DNA of 64,000 bases from a virus (taxonomy: Duplodnaviria; Caudoviricetes): positions 96,001-160,000 of the IMG/VR virus record IMGVR_UViG_3300021426_000064; one strand, 5' to 3'. Below the pieces are notes generated by a model. It was not told the origin of the DNA, searched no databases, and was given only the letters and a program-made list of their open reading frames with translations. Positions 9,513-20,891 of the stretch are shown here, piece by piece (the first letter of the stretch is position 1; each line of letters starts with the position of its first letter). The position numbers and the translations under genes were made by a program.

Positions 9513-11474
9513 ATGCCACAAAAAATACGCCTTCGTGACTTAGACCCCTCGCTTAGAGCACTTATCGCCGGCGGGGAAGCCACGGAGGGTCAAATAAACC
9601 TTTTACTTTCTCAGTATAGAAAGAAGACCGAAGTAATCAAGGAGCAGGATATTGATGCGGACTACCGTAATGGTATCTATTCCAGAATTAATGAAGTAAA
9701 ATCTAAATTAGAGGCTCACTTGGCTCAAGCTCTTGTTGTCGCAGCTAAGGATTTAGACCCAGCTCTACTTCAGAGGATTAGTAGTCTGGAGGATAAGGTC
9801 GGCGCGATTAAACCCGGAAAAGATTATGAGGCTGAAATAAAAGCCCTGCAAAACAGCATTAAAGAGCTTCGCGACATTATTGACGCGCTAAATGTTGAGG
9901 GGATTAATCGTACACTTACTTCCTTATCAGCCTCAATTGATTCTGCACAAAATGAAATCAATCAGATCAAAGTTTTAAACAATACGTTCTTAAATCGCTT
10001 CTCTACTATTGAAAATACCTTAGCCAACAAGAGAGATAAAGACGTGTCAATCGTAGAGTCTGACCTTGATGCTGCTGTTGCTGACAAATTAAATAAAGGA
10101 GTAACGGCATTATCAAAAACGGACTCGTTAACGAACACGATAAATGAAGGTTTAAATAAAAAGCGGGATAAGGACGTTCTAATTAGCGAAGATGACCTTG
10201 ACTCTGGTGTTCGTAGTAAACTAAATACTTTAGCGGAAGTTAATGAAACCGTTACTTCCCTGCCCGCGGAAATGGAACTACTGCTCGCAAAAAAACGAGA
10301 TAAAGATGTTCCTATCGCAGAAACAGATTTAAATGACAGTATTAACGAACAACTTGCTCATATAAGAGAAATCGATAGTACTATTTCTAATCTGTCTGTG
10401 TCTATTGATAATAAGCTAAACGGAAAACGAGATAAAAGTGTTCTCATTGGCCGCAATGACTTAAGCAAGCCTGTCAATGACGAATTAGACAAAATTGATT
10501 CTTTGGCTTTGCAAGTTAATACTTACAAAACAAATATGGAATCCGCACTTGCCAACAAACGAGATAAGGACGCAGCCATTAAAAAGAGTGACTTAGATTC
10601 AGAAGTGATTCAAGAGTTTAATCGTATTGATAGTTTATCCAGCAAAATCGATACGGTGAAATCGGATACGACAACGCTTCTCAACGGCAAAAGAGACAAG
10701 AATGTAGCGATTAAGAAAAACGATTTGGACTCAGTCGTAGTCCAAGAGCTGGACAAAATCACACCGTTAATCAATCGCTTTAATTCTTTCGAGACATCAA
10801 CTAATAACGCGTTGAATGCTAAGCGTAGCAAGGATGTTCTAATTAACGAAGCAGATTTAAACTCGGCACTTTTAAATAAAATAAATCGAGGTAACTCAGC
10901 CGTTGATGCTGTTGCTGAACTATCGTCCAGAATGAATTTATTTCCAAATGTGCAGCCCGGAGATTATCTTACGGTTAATTCTGCAAATGGCTCTGTTAGT
11001 GGAAAAAAAGTTTTTATTCAGATGTATTCTGTAGCAGACGAAGCAGATAAAAATGCTTTGGTCAACAACGCCTCGGTTTCTACGCTTTTTGTTCGTAGCA
11101 CCGGCAAGGTGTATGAAAAAAAGAATGGAAGCTTTGCTGAAAATGCTAGTTTCTTTGAAAACAATCCTAGTTACTGGAACACTTTTATAGTTGACCAAAC
11201 TTCTAACGTTATAGTCGCTTACGTATTAAGTGGTGGACAAGTTCTCCGCTTTAACGTAAAAGAGCAGAGAAAAACCGCAACACTAAATGCCGGAGCAAGC
11301 ATTTCGTTTGCTTGTGTGAATGCTATGTCGGTTCCAGTCCGGGTGTTAGCTAAGGAATCGAGCGGCAAATATACCCCGGCCGACGGAGTAGTTAGTGTCC
11401 TGTATGACGCCGGTTCTTATACACTCCGAAACGAATCTGATGAAAATTTAAGCATTGTAGTTATAGAGGGATAA
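9513..11474 (+). CDS. Repeat/coiled-coil fibre-like structural protein
   Basis: Seven roughly 44-aa repeats centred on KRDKDV.I...DLD. Confidence 0.7.
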   Translation: MPQKIRLRDLDPSLRALIAGGEATEGQINLLLSQYRKKTEVIKEQDIDADYRNGIYSRINEVKSKLEAHLAQALVVAAKDLDPALLQRISSLEDKVGAIKPGKDYEAEIKALQNSIKELRDIIDALNVEGINRTLTSLSASIDSAQNEINQIKVLNNTFLNRFSTIENTLANKRDKDVSIVESDLDAAVADKLNKGVTALSKTDSLTNTINEGLNKKRDKDVLISEDDLDSGVRSKLNTLAEVNETVTSLPAEMELLLAKKRDKDVPIAETDLNDSINEQLAHIREIDSTISNLSVSIDNKLNGKRDKSVLIGRNDLSKPVNDELDKIDSLALQVNTYKTNMESALANKRDKDAAIKKSDLDSEVIQEFNRIDSLSSKIDTVKSDTTTLLNGKRDKNVAIKKNDLDSVVVQELDKITPLINRFNSFETSTNNALNAKRSKDVLINEADLNSALLNKINRGNSAVDAVAELSSRMNLFPNVQPGDYLTVNSANGSVSGKKVFIQMYSVADEADKNALVNNASVSTLFVRSTGKVYEKKNGSFAENASFFENNPSYWNTFIVDQTSNVIVAYVLSGGQVLRFNVKEQRKTATLNAGASISFACVNAMSVPVRVLAKESSGKYTPADGVVSVLYDAGSYTLRNESDENLSIVVIEG

Positions 11475-11478
11475 TTAA

Positions 11479-12801
11479 ATGGCACTATTAAAATGGTTTA
11501 AAGAGCGGTTAGCAAATGGCACCCCCGTCTGGGAAGGCATTTACGACAATGCTATTCGCAATCGACTGAGACGAGATAAAAACTTGGCCGACTTAAACGA
11601 CAGAGCCGAGGCTCGTAAAAATCTGGATCTTGTTGGTGAAGTAGAAACTCACTGGCATGATACGAGATATATGCCTCACATTAACAAACTTAGAACAGAC
11701 ACAAACAACCTTCGCACAGATCTTACTGCTGATGAAAAAGTAATTAATAATAACGTCCAAAGGCTTAATGGTCATGATACGGAAATCAATAAGCTTAAAG
11801 ACAGGGCGACTAAGCTTGAAGGCCGCGCAACTAAGCTTGAAGGCCGCGCGGATGCTTTAGAGTCGCGAGCGACAAACCTCGAAACCCGCGCCTCGTCCCT
11901 GGAAAATCGTGCTAATAACTTAGAGACTAGGGCGACTAAAGTTGAGGGTCGTTGCGGTACGCTTGAAAATGACGTATCAAATTTAAAGACCGCTAAAACA
12001 AATTTAGAAAGCCGTGCCACCACATTAGAAGGACGCGCAAGCACCTTGGAAGGACGTGCCACTAAATTAGAAGGACGCGCTACAACACTTGAAGGTGAAG
12101 TATCTACATTAAAAAATCGCGCTACTAAATTAGAAAGTCGAGCAACTGATTTAGAAACTAGAGCCACGAAAGTGGAGGGGCGAGCTTCTAAATTAGAATC
12201 AAGATGTACTACCATTGAGGGAGACGCGGCAAAACTTACGAGTCGCGTCAGCTCTCTCGAAAATAAAACATGGATAGAAAAGGCCGGACATGCAACGTCG
12301 GCTGACTCGGCAACAACAGCTGGGTCGGCTACCACGGCATCTGAAGCTACCCACGCTTCTACGGCAGACAAAGCCGACTCGGCAACCACAGCAGGTTCTG
12401 CCGATAAAGCTAAAGAAGCTGATCATGCCTTATCAGCAGATAGTGCCACAAAAGCCAATGAGGCTAATTATGCTACCAAAGCTGGAACAGCAGATAGCGC
12501 AACTAAAGCTAATAGTGCTACAAAAGCGGACTCGGCTGATAGTGCCAAGGAGGCTGGTCATGCTGCTAAAGCAGACACTGCAACCAAGGCGGATAGCGCA
12601 ACTAAAGCCACTAATGACGGAAACAATCGCAATATTGTTGACACATACGCAACAAAAACAGACGTAAATGGCGAAATAAAAAAGCTGTCAGATAGGATAG
12701 CCATATTAGAAAAATGGATAAAAAATGGCCCCAAAAACGAGCTCTTTGACGAAGAAGGACGTTTGTGTTTCCCGAATGGTGAAAAGTTCTGGATAGGATA
12801 A
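11479..12801 (+). CDS. Tail fibre-like protein (heptad RATKLEG coiled coil plus Ala-X-X repeats)
   Basis: KNLADL.D.AEARKNL motif, H.HD.RY motif, many RA(T/S).LE. heptads, ATNDGNNRNIVDTYATK motif. Confidence 0.8.
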   Translation: MALLKWFKERLANGTPVWEGIYDNAIRNRLRRDKNLADLNDRAEARKNLDLVGEVETHWHDTRYMPHINKLRTDTNNLRTDLTADEKVINNNVQRLNGHDTEINKLKDRATKLEGRATKLEGRADALESRATNLETRASSLENRANNLETRATKVEGRCGTLENDVSNLKTAKTNLESRATTLEGRASTLEGRATKLEGRATTLEGEVSTLKNRATKLESRATDLETRATKVEGRASKLESRCTTIEGDAAKLTSRVSSLENKTWIEKAGHATSADSATTAGSATTASEATHASTADKADSATTAGSADKAKEADHALSADSATKANEANYATKAGTADSATKANSATKADSADSAKEAGHAAKADTATKADSATKATNDGNNRNIVDTYATKTDVNGEIKKLSDRIAILEKWIKNGPKNELFDEEGRLCFPNGEKFWIG

Positions 12802-12806
12802 AAGAT

Positions 12807-13706
12807 ATGACTAACTTAAATTACACAAAAAACAATAAGCAAGACTCTGCGAGAGGGTACACCCAAACAGAACTGGCAGATGCATTATCAAATGGAGATA
12901 TCTACGATATTCCAAATGTTACGTCTAGCTTTCTCTCCTGTTCAGTAAGTGGTAAAGAATATTACGCCAGGGCTGCCGATCTAGCCAATGCAGAACAAAG
13001 TTCGTCCGCAACGGATACGATAAATACGATTTCCCACTACGAAAATACCGCAAGTAGCCACGGACAATGGGTAGGAGTAAAAGCCCTTGGCTGGCTAGAC
13101 TTGTCCAAATACACTAAGGGAAGCACTATAGCCGTAAAAGGGAAAATTAATGTAACTATGCACGACCAAGGAGTGGGACGCCGCTCAGCACCGCATGATG
13201 GTCCTAGTACAAGATTAGTGGTTCTTGCCGGCAATTCAGATTATAACAATTACCAACGTGGTTGGGGCGGTCATTATGAATATTTCGGTACAGGCCAAGA
13301 TACCCGGTCTGTTTGGTTTCGAGATGGAGATTATGGCGACTATGCCTATTTTTTTGATGACATAGTTGCTGGCGCTTGCAGTCAGAGGGGGCAAGCATAC
13401 CCCAGCGACTGGCAGAAGCACTACGAAAACCCCAATTTAAAAGAAGTAAACATGCCTATAGTATGTTATAACGGAGACCGGGGGACGCATACCGTTAATA
13501 TAAATATCAAGTTTACCAAGAAAGAGGAAAAATACCTAACCATAATGGCGGGTTTCCATGCATGGAAAGATTTTGGCGGTGATAATGCAGGCAGGCTCGT
13601 AACCAGCATCGCCTCCGGAAAAGTTTCAGTTGGCTATGCTCTTAGTGAAAAAACAGACATGCATTTTACAAGAAACGGCAAAGAGTATGTATATATCAAA
13701 TCATAA
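12807..13706 (+). CDS. Fibre-associated protein, possible receptor-binding domain
   Basis: 299 aa Gly/Tyr/Trp-rich beta protein directly after the fibre gene. Confidence 0.55.
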   Translation: MTNLNYTKNNKQDSARGYTQTELADALSNGDIYDIPNVTSSFLSCSVSGKEYYARAADLANAEQSSSATDTINTISHYENTASSHGQWVGVKALGWLDLSKYTKGSTIAVKGKINVTMHDQGVGRRSAPHDGPSTRLVVLAGNSDYNNYQRGWGGHYEYFGTGQDTRSVWFRDGDYGDYAYFFDDIVAGACSQRGQAYPSDWQKHYENPNLKEVNMPIVCYNGDRGTHTVNINIKFTKKEEKYLTIMAGFHAWKDFGGDNAGRLVTSIASGKVSVGYALSEKTDMHFTRNGKEYVYIKS

Positions 13707-13757
13707 GCTTGCGCGTTGTGACAAATAGTTCTGCTTTTTATTAATATCTCAAATCAT

Positions 13758-13783
13758 AATGCCGCCTTTGTTTGGCGGCATTT
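13758..13783 (+). terminator. Intrinsic terminator-like hairpin
   Basis: AATGCCGCC-tttgttt-GGCGGCATT followed by a short T tract. Confidence 0.65.
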
Positions 13784-13926
13784 ACTATTTGTACAAGGTA
13801 ACAGATATCCAGAAATATACAAAAGGCAGGCGTGAGGCTTGTTCAAAAATGACATCGTAGTAGTAATATACGATCAGAATTAACCTCATAAAAACAAGCA
13901 AACGAAAAGAAAGTTGGTGTGCTTCA

Positions 13927-16900
13927 TTGACTCTCCCATATAGCCGGAAATTCAATTCTGGTCGACAGTCAGAGCAGTTCTATAATGAAGAGCTGCATAA
14001 AATATATGAATCCACGAAGCATTTAACAGATAGCCCGCCAGCAAATCAAGAGCCCACGGCAAAGTTACATCGTTCCATGTGGCATGATGAAAAACATAAC
14101 CAGCTCAAATGGTGGGATAAAATAAACAGCAAGTGGCGCACGTACTATGAAAAAGAATTCAAGATTACGGGCGAAATTATGTCCATATTGCCTCCGGAGG
14201 CACCGGTTTACGGGCAGCTCTGGTTACATAACGGAGTTCTTTGCTATTACGATGGCGTAAATTGGAATCCTGTAAAGGCTCTCCTACAGGATGGTTCTCA
14301 GTTCTCTTTGGATGTGTTCAAGAACTTTATTATGGTGTCCCCTCTGTGGAAAATTGGAGACACTATCGTCGGCGATAAAGAATTGGAAATGTTCATTAAG
14401 GAAGAGCGAAAATACCTCCAAGGGATCTTGGATGCAAAAACAGACTCTATGATAACAGGTGACGGAACGGAATGGGATCTTAAGTATCAGGCCGACGTAG
14501 ACTATCCTCAATTGCCAGCCACACCTATAGATAAAAAAGTTCAGCTCCTCGTGCCAAATATCGATTACGGTAGGCTGTTTTTAGGACACCTTCTAGATTC
14601 GGATAAATATGAAGAAATATCAAAGGTCTGCATCCAGTATCAGCGCAACGATATTATTAACAAGGGGCCGTCACTCATTCATTTGAACCCTGGGCGCATC
14701 ACAAAAATCACGAAGCGCTTGATTATGATTGACCGTGAAAATCCGCGCATACAAATTCTGGCAGGAAACACAGAGTTCTATGGTTTCCACGAAGGCAATC
14801 CTCTTGGCGATTTGTTGATTCCAGACCAGAACTACCAGAATGAAGATGGAACTCTCGGAAGTCTATTTAAAGACTATACTATGGTGGAAGACGGCATTCT
14901 GCTGTCATATGATGCTGCGCAAAACTATGACTACGTTCTGGCTATCACATATGAATTCAGCTGGATGAAGAGCACAGGCAGAATGTCCCGGGGCAGCAAC
15001 CATGATAACAGTAACTGCTTCTATGTAGACAATTTTGTTGGTCCGTTGAACGTCTTTGTTGAAGGCTATGACCTGGAGGACCCGTATTTTGAAGAAGATG
15101 GAATGGATCAAACCGTTACCGTCAAAGAAAAAGTAGATGGGCTTACGGTCTCCATGCTGCATACCCCTAGCCGAGAATATGGCTATATTCGCAGAATCGA
15201 CGTTAATAACAATGCAGTCATCCGCCCGCTAAGAAACTACAAACAGCCGCTGCTATTTGTAAACGGGCAAGCAATGCATCCCAAATACGACAATATCCAA
15301 TGGAATTCGGATGGTACAATAACGATACCCGGCGGAAAGATGGATATGATGTGGAGCATCGTTGACCTTTCGGGTACGCAGGAAGACGGCACGAATGGCA
15401 TTGTTGAGTTCACCGCTCCGATAACTTCTGGTCTTGTTGGTCAGGACGGGAAAATTAGCTATGCTGCTGGTTTTATTCCGGACGCATCCGTAACCAATGC
15501 GGTACTCTTTATCGACGGTTTGTTGGTAAAAAAAGAAGACATCATTATAGAACGGGCAACCCGCAAGATAACGATTAGCGGCGGACTCAATCCTGGGCAG
15601 GAATACATCCTCATCTACGATAAGTATAATTGGCTTTACGACGAAAAGTATATCACGCCGGCATTGCCAGTAGGTAAGTTTACCGATTCCCTGGTATACA
15701 TGAATGGGCATTTGCTTTGCAATGGCGAAGCTCTGGATGTGGTTGCAAAACCGTACCACCAGAAAATTGAGCCGGACGGCACGACAAGCATGGAACCGTA
15801 CCCCGGCATATTCAATGAAGTAAAATGCTTCAAAACAGTAACTTTGGCGGCAGATGGTTTTACCGAATTAGTTACGCGCGACTATCGTGTATATGACCCA
15901 AAAGAGCAAAAGTGGAATCCAATACAGTCTTACCAGGTTGCAGGTATTAAAGGATTTGCTTATAGCTATGAAGATATGCCTAAGAGCGTTCACATCCTAA
16001 TACCGTACGACACCACAGATGATATAAGGATTTTTGCTTTTAACACTGCGAATTCGGTCGAACACCCTCTTATTGTTGGCAATATCCTGGCAGACAATGA
16101 CCACCCCATTCTCACTGTCGGTAACGGCAAATATTGGGATGCCAATCAAGGGAAAGAAGTTCCCTTCTCCGATCCGAACCGGAACAGACTTGCAACCCCG
16201 TTCATATTTGGTAAGAACACGTTGCGTGTATGGTGTAACGGTATTCGTCAGTACCCGGCAGTAGAAAACAAATGTGACGGTATTGTTGAATACATGGACG
16301 GAAACGCAGAAGTGGATGGCAGCGGTAATGCATTCCGACTCCCAGAACCGTTTTCTGGTAAAATCACCTATGCAATAGAACTGCCAGATACTGGTGCTGG
16401 TAAATCGTGTTCCATGGAAGTGTTAAATCACAAAAACGTCCTTCCGGGGTACGTCAATATGTATAAGACAGAACTGCCAATGTTCCCTGGTAGGGTAACG
16501 ATATATGTTAACGGAATTCGGTTGCCGGAAAACCAGTACAGTGTTATGGATAACCATACGATTCTTATTGATAACGAGCAGGCTCTTATTGGTAGCAGCC
16601 GTAATTATCCCAAGGAAACATTGGTCGCTAACCGGAAAAAGTACACGCTTGAGCATAAGCAGGACGACTTAATTCTCGTAGAAGTGCGTCAGGACGAAAG
16701 AGTAGAAGCGACCATAGAATGCCAGGGGCATCCCGTATACGAGTTGCCTATCGAAAAATATGAGCTTGATCCGGCCGTGTTGGAGCCGGCTGACGAAATG
16801 ATGATTTTTGTCAACGGACTGTACTTTGGCCCTAAAATGAATGATGGTTATAAGTGCAATGTACTTCGCGGCAGCATCTCGGTAACTCAGGAAGATACTT

Positions 16901-17037
16901 TAGAAATCATGAACCATGACGAGGAGGATATTTTCCTGAAAGGTAACGAAGAATACCATAAGACAAATTATGCCGCGATGACCGATGGCAAAAGATATGA
17001 GCAAAAGAATGCCACGCTAACTTTAGAATGGAGATAA
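13927..17037 (+). CDS. Large virion structural protein, 1036 aa (baseplate/tail-associated?)
   Basis: TTG start. Repeated L.FVNG/VY.NG beta modules and a P.YGQLW motif. Structural context. Confidence 0.6.
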   Translation: MTLPYSRKFNSGRQSEQFYNEELHKIYESTKHLTDSPPANQEPTAKLHRSMWHDEKHNQLKWWDKINSKWRTYYEKEFKITGEIMSILPPEAPVYGQLWLHNGVLCYYDGVNWNPVKALLQDGSQFSLDVFKNFIMVSPLWKIGDTIVGDKELEMFIKEERKYLQGILDAKTDSMITGDGTEWDLKYQADVDYPQLPATPIDKKVQLLVPNIDYGRLFLGHLLDSDKYEEISKVCIQYQRNDIINKGPSLIHLNPGRITKITKRLIMIDRENPRIQILAGNTEFYGFHEGNPLGDLLIPDQNYQNEDGTLGSLFKDYTMVEDGILLSYDAAQNYDYVLAITYEFSWMKSTGRMSRGSNHDNSNCFYVDNFVGPLNVFVEGYDLEDPYFEEDGMDQTVTVKEKVDGLTVSMLHTPSREYGYIRRIDVNNNAVIRPLRNYKQPLLFVNGQAMHPKYDNIQWNSDGTITIPGGKMDMMWSIVDLSGTQEDGTNGIVEFTAPITSGLVGQDGKISYAAGFIPDASVTNAVLFIDGLLVKKEDIIIERATRKITISGGLNPGQEYILIYDKYNWLYDEKYITPALPVGKFTDSLVYMNGHLLCNGEALDVVAKPYHQKIEPDGTTSMEPYPGIFNEVKCFKTVTLAADGFTELVTRDYRVYDPKEQKWNPIQSYQVAGIKGFAYSYEDMPKSVHILIPYDTTDDIRIFAFNTANSVEHPLIVGNILADNDHPILTVGNGKYWDANQGKEVPFSDPNRNRLATPFIFGKNTLRVWCNGIRQYPAVENKCDGIVEYMDGNAEVDGSGNAFRLPEPFSGKITYAIELPDTGAGKSCSMEVLNHKNVLPGYVNMYKTELPMFPGRVTIYVNGIRLPENQYSVMDNHTILIDNEQALIGSSRNYPKETLVANRKKYTLEHKQDDLILVEVRQDERVEATIECQGHPVYELPIEKYELDPAVLEPADEMMIFVNGLYFGPKMNDGYKCNVLRGSISVTQEDTLEIMNHDEEDIFLKGNEEYHKTNYAAMTDGKRYEQKNATLTLEWR

Positions 17038-17041
17038 TAAC

Positions 17042-19210
17042 ATGATTAAACCAGGACATACAAGCCTGAACATGGAAGACATTTCGGAGGACTTACGCGT
17101 TGTCCATCGCCACATTGCTAAGGTGGCTCCTTCAACAACAGACCCTAACACGGGTGCTGAGGTCTTTATGCGTCAGGATGGGGATATTAACAAGCCTGTC
17201 CTCCCGAACTATCGTAATAAAATTGTCAAAGCAGATGATGTAGATCTCGTTGGCGGGATTGAAGCGGGAAGAATCGCGGTTGCTGTAAGCAAGGACAATC
17301 GAACAACTATAGATAACGCCATGAAGCTCAATGGCCATCCTGCTGAAGACTTTACGACAGCAGAAAAGGGCAGGAAGATGGAAGAGGCCACGGAGCAGGT
17401 TACGCTACATTACGGCAATGACATCGCCTCAATTCGCGATGAGCTTTACCAGCTTAAACACGCACTTGAGAAAAACGGCCTTATCCACTTAACCAATGAG
17501 CATTTTGGCTATAACGATACGTTCCGAAATGGATATAAACCGTATGAATATGAAGAGCTGGGGCGGCCGACAATTGACTGTCCCTCGGCCGACAAAATCC
17601 GTCTTGACGAAGAAGCAGTTAAGAAGCTCGATGTAGGCGACTTTATTGCTATCTACTTCCGTGACGAAGAAAAAGTGGATGTTGTTCAGATTGCATCCAT
17701 CGGAGCTGATGGCCAGACTCTGACATTGGATGAGGGTATGACGCATGGCAACATGACTAAGGAAAACATTATTGTTTATAAAAGCTATGGTGTATCCCGC
17801 GACGGCAACTTTTATTTCGCCCGCGATGTAGAATTTAAAGTCGGCGATGAAAATATCTGGTCGGGACTTGATGACGATACCACGGTATCTCTTTACCGCC
17901 CAGTGTCGGAAGAACAGAGCTCTTATGGGTATGGGTTCCGTATTCCCGAAAGCAAGCACGGCTTCCTGACCAAGTTCCAGATTTACGCACACGCTATTGG
18001 AACGCCGACGCTTACCTGCTACATTTTTGATGAACAGGATATTGGCAATTTTAAGAATCCGGTACAGGCAGAAAACCTCTATAAAAGCGGCGATGTAAAC
18101 GCAGATGGCGAACCGAAGATGCACTTCTTCGCAAAATCCAACCCTGTAAATCTTGACCCTACGCTGGGCGAGCATATTGTTACATTCGATTTTTGGAATG
18201 CAGAGTCTGAATCTTATCCTCTCGTAATGCGCAAGGACACGCCGACAAATCGCGTCCGTTATGTAGCAGTTATTTGCGGAACCTTTGTAGATGACAATAA
18301 CTATGCAAATGTACGATTCATCATGAACGCTGGAGGAAAAGGCGGCGATCTGGAAACCAACAATAAGGTATACCGCTACACCGAGCAGCTGGATACTTCC
18401 GTAACGCCGGCACTTTCACACAACACGGAAGATGACGGCAAGGACATGTATTATGCGGTCATTATGCGAGAAGCAATTGAGCACGAGATGGACGCACAGA
18501 ACCGTGGTTTGTATTCGGCCATCATAACCAGTCCAAAAGGTATGCCGGTCTCAAGAGCAAGGCTTACCATGCGTATTAAGCGCGAAGGCGGACTTTGGGA
18601 TGCAAACATCTCTGAACCAAACGTCTACGGCATTAGTGAAAGAGTATCATTCCCAACAGAAGTGTTTAAAAACTTCCCCGAAAGAAAGGCTTCCTTTAGA
18701 ACAGCAGACACTCTCGGCCTGCAAGATGATATTCGTTTGCCAATGGAGTTAAGAAATACTGCTGGCGTATATACGAGAAAACCTGATACCATTATCGGCA
18801 ACAACATCGTAAAAGGGACGCCAAATACGACCTCGATTGTTCCAAGTGAGCCGATCATCGTTAAACCGGACGATATGGTGTATCGCAATGCATACCAGGT
18901 TTCCGTAAAGGGTAAGATGTATGAATACGACGCAAACAAAAAACAGTTTGTTGTAACTTCACAGAGTAAGGTGTTCCTTAAGCCTATCGCCGTAATTCCG
19001 GACGGCTGCAAGGATAAGAAAGACGTATATTCTGACCGCATCATCTGGGAGGGCGACTTCCGGACAAAAGAAGGTAATCCTCTTTATTTTAACGAGTTGG
19101 AATTGCAGGTTTTCTGGCATAAGCCTGCGTTCTCTGAACTTACAACTGTTGCAACAGAACAGATGGGCGTTATTCACGACCTCATTTTCTCTACCGACAG
19201 AACGGTGTAA
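17042..19210 (+). CDS. Virion structural protein, 722 aa
   Basis: Long ORF with NAMKLNGHPAEDF fibre-type motif. Context. Confidence 0.6.
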   Translation: MIKPGHTSLNMEDISEDLRVVHRHIAKVAPSTTDPNTGAEVFMRQDGDINKPVLPNYRNKIVKADDVDLVGGIEAGRIAVAVSKDNRTTIDNAMKLNGHPAEDFTTAEKGRKMEEATEQVTLHYGNDIASIRDELYQLKHALEKNGLIHLTNEHFGYNDTFRNGYKPYEYEELGRPTIDCPSADKIRLDEEAVKKLDVGDFIAIYFRDEEKVDVVQIASIGADGQTLTLDEGMTHGNMTKENIIVYKSYGVSRDGNFYFARDVEFKVGDENIWSGLDDDTTVSLYRPVSEEQSSYGYGFRIPESKHGFLTKFQIYAHAIGTPTLTCYIFDEQDIGNFKNPVQAENLYKSGDVNADGEPKMHFFAKSNPVNLDPTLGEHIVTFDFWNAESESYPLVMRKDTPTNRVRYVAVICGTFVDDNNYANVRFIMNAGGKGGDLETNNKVYRYTEQLDTSVTPALSHNTEDDGKDMYYAVIMREAIEHEMDAQNRGLYSAIITSPKGMPVSRARLTMRIKREGGLWDANISEPNVYGISERVSFPTEVFKNFPERKASFRTADTLGLQDDIRLPMELRNTAGVYTRKPDTIIGNNIVKGTPNTTSIVPSEPIIVKPDDMVYRNAYQVSVKGKMYEYDANKKQFVVTSQSKVFLKPIAVIPDGCKDKKDVYSDRIIWEGDFRTKEGNPLYFNELELQVFWHKPAFSELTTVATEQMGVIHDLIFSTDRTV

Positions 19211-19218
19211 ATCGAAAC

Positions 19219-19244
19219 AGCCGCCCTCTAAGTGGGCGGCTTTT
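19219..19244 (+). terminator. Intrinsic terminator
   Basis: AGCCGCCC-tctaagt-GGGCGGCT-TTT. Confidence 0.75.
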
Positions 19245-19312
19245 GTTATACACGGACACAATAAGGCGGCAAAGATGGTAATACCACGATAGCACTAATT
19301 TTTGGAGGAAAT

Positions 19313-20167
19313 ATGGCGAACATAACGAATACCGACGAGCTTGTCGATAATATAAAGACCTTGACCACACCAATAGATTTGCCGGCGGGAACATTTAACG
19401 AAAAAATGAGCGCCAGCGAAGTAAATGGTCTTTTCCAGGGCATAGAGACATGCCTAAACAAACTATATGAAAAACTCCGTATGCTGGAAGACCTACATAC
19501 GTTTAGTGAAGAATATATTAAGAACGAATTTAATAAAGTGAAGCCCGAGCTGGATGACGCTATTGTAAAACTTGACCAGGCAGAAGAAGATTATTCAAAC
19601 ACGAAAACAAAGGCGAATTTGCTTACGTTTGTCGGCGGCAATGTAATGACAGATCGCGATGGCTCCTCAATAAACTCTGCACAGATAGTCGATGGAGATG
19701 TTATCCTGGCCGGCTCTGTTAATATCTTAGAAGCAATACCAGCGAAGGTGGTTGTCAACTCTTCGGATATCCCGTATAGAAGAAGTAAAATGCCGGCAGA
19801 CAACTACAAAACTTTTTATGCAATGGAGTCTATGCCGAGTGAGCCGGTTAAAGAGTCAATTGACCTCTTTTTTGCGCGCCCGACCATAATCAATTTTATG
19901 AAGACATCCGCATTTAACTCCGCAATTAGTAATGTTGCAATCTATAAGTCGAATGATGATGTAGTTAATATTGATCCGGGTACAATGGTTTTTCCAGAAT
20001 GTACGGCAACTGGCATACATATGGATTTAACAGGTGGTAAAATTGAGCCTGTTGTTACGGAGATAACTGGCGAGAAGGACACATTCTGTGACCTTGAAGG
20101 AGAATATGAATCGGATGTGCTGGACAGCATATTTGAAAAACATGTAAAGGACAATGGTGGGGAATAA
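19313..20167 (+). CDS. Hypothetical structural protein
   Basis: GGAGG SD, 284 aa, first gene of a coupled six-gene run. Confidence 0.6.
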   Translation: MANITNTDELVDNIKTLTTPIDLPAGTFNEKMSASEVNGLFQGIETCLNKLYEKLRMLEDLHTFSEEYIKNEFNKVKPELDDAIVKLDQAEEDYSNTKTKANLLTFVGGNVMTDRDGSSINSAQIVDGDVILAGSVNILEAIPAKVVVNSSDIPYRRSKMPADNYKTFYAMESMPSEPVKESIDLFFARPTIINFMKTSAFNSAISNVAIYKSNDDVVNIDPGTMVFPECTATGIHMDLTGGKIEPVVTEITGEKDTFCDLEGEYESDVLDSIFEKHVKDNGGE

Positions 20168-20889
20168 TGTATATAAATCTGCTCAATGCCCAGTGTATTC
20201 CAAATGAGGCTGTCGTCAAAAAGACAAAAGAAGGACTCTTATACTTTGACGGCAACAGCTGGAAGTATTTAACAAAAAAAGAATACAGGGTATTGGAAGA
20301 AGGGGACGGGTATAGTACCAAAAAAGTCGGCAAAAACACGTACGTAAATATATCGGAAGATGAGCTCGTGCCAGCAGAAAAGGTTGCGACCAAGACAGCG
20401 AGGTACTATACAAACTACTTCGGGCTCAATGACTTAGTGATTGGCGACAGGAAATTCTATCAAACCAGCGGCCTGTTAACGGATGATATTTATGTGGAAA
20501 AAGGAAAGCCCGTAAAATTAAAAGCTAATATCCGGGCGCGGGAATTTACAAGCGTCGAGTTTTCCATCATAGATGGTGGCGAAGAAATACCCGTTCTCTT
20601 GGACGGGGAGGATAAGGTTGTAGACGAAAGGTTGTTCTTTGGCTGCGACACACGAATGGTCGGTACAGGAAAGGTATATAAAAAGGATTTTAAATCCCTC
20701 ACCCATGAACCGAACGATAGTGATTTTTTCAACAACTTCATTTTGACGGTTTCCTATATGCCGGATGAAAAATACCGAACGTATACACCTAAACATGATA
20801 AAGTTAAAGTTAAAGTTGTTATCCGGTTGTATAAGGAAAATGCATTGAGCCCTGAGATTTCCAACATAATACTTACACAGGAGGTGTAA
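20167..20889 (+). CDS. Hypothetical structural protein
   Basis: 240 aa, TAATG overlap with the upstream stop. Confidence 0.6.
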   Translation: MYINLLNAQCIPNEAVVKKTKEGLLYFDGNSWKYLTKKEYRVLEEGDGYSTKKVGKNTYVNISEDELVPAEKVATKTARYYTNYFGLNDLVIGDRKFYQTSGLLTDDIYVEKGKPVKLKANIRAREFTSVEFSIIDGGEEIPVLLDGEDKVVDERLFFGCDTRMVGTGKVYKKDFKSLTHEPNDSDFFNNFILTVSYMPDEKYRTYTPKHDKVKVKVVIRLYKENALSPEISNIILTQEV

Positions 20890-20891
20890 AG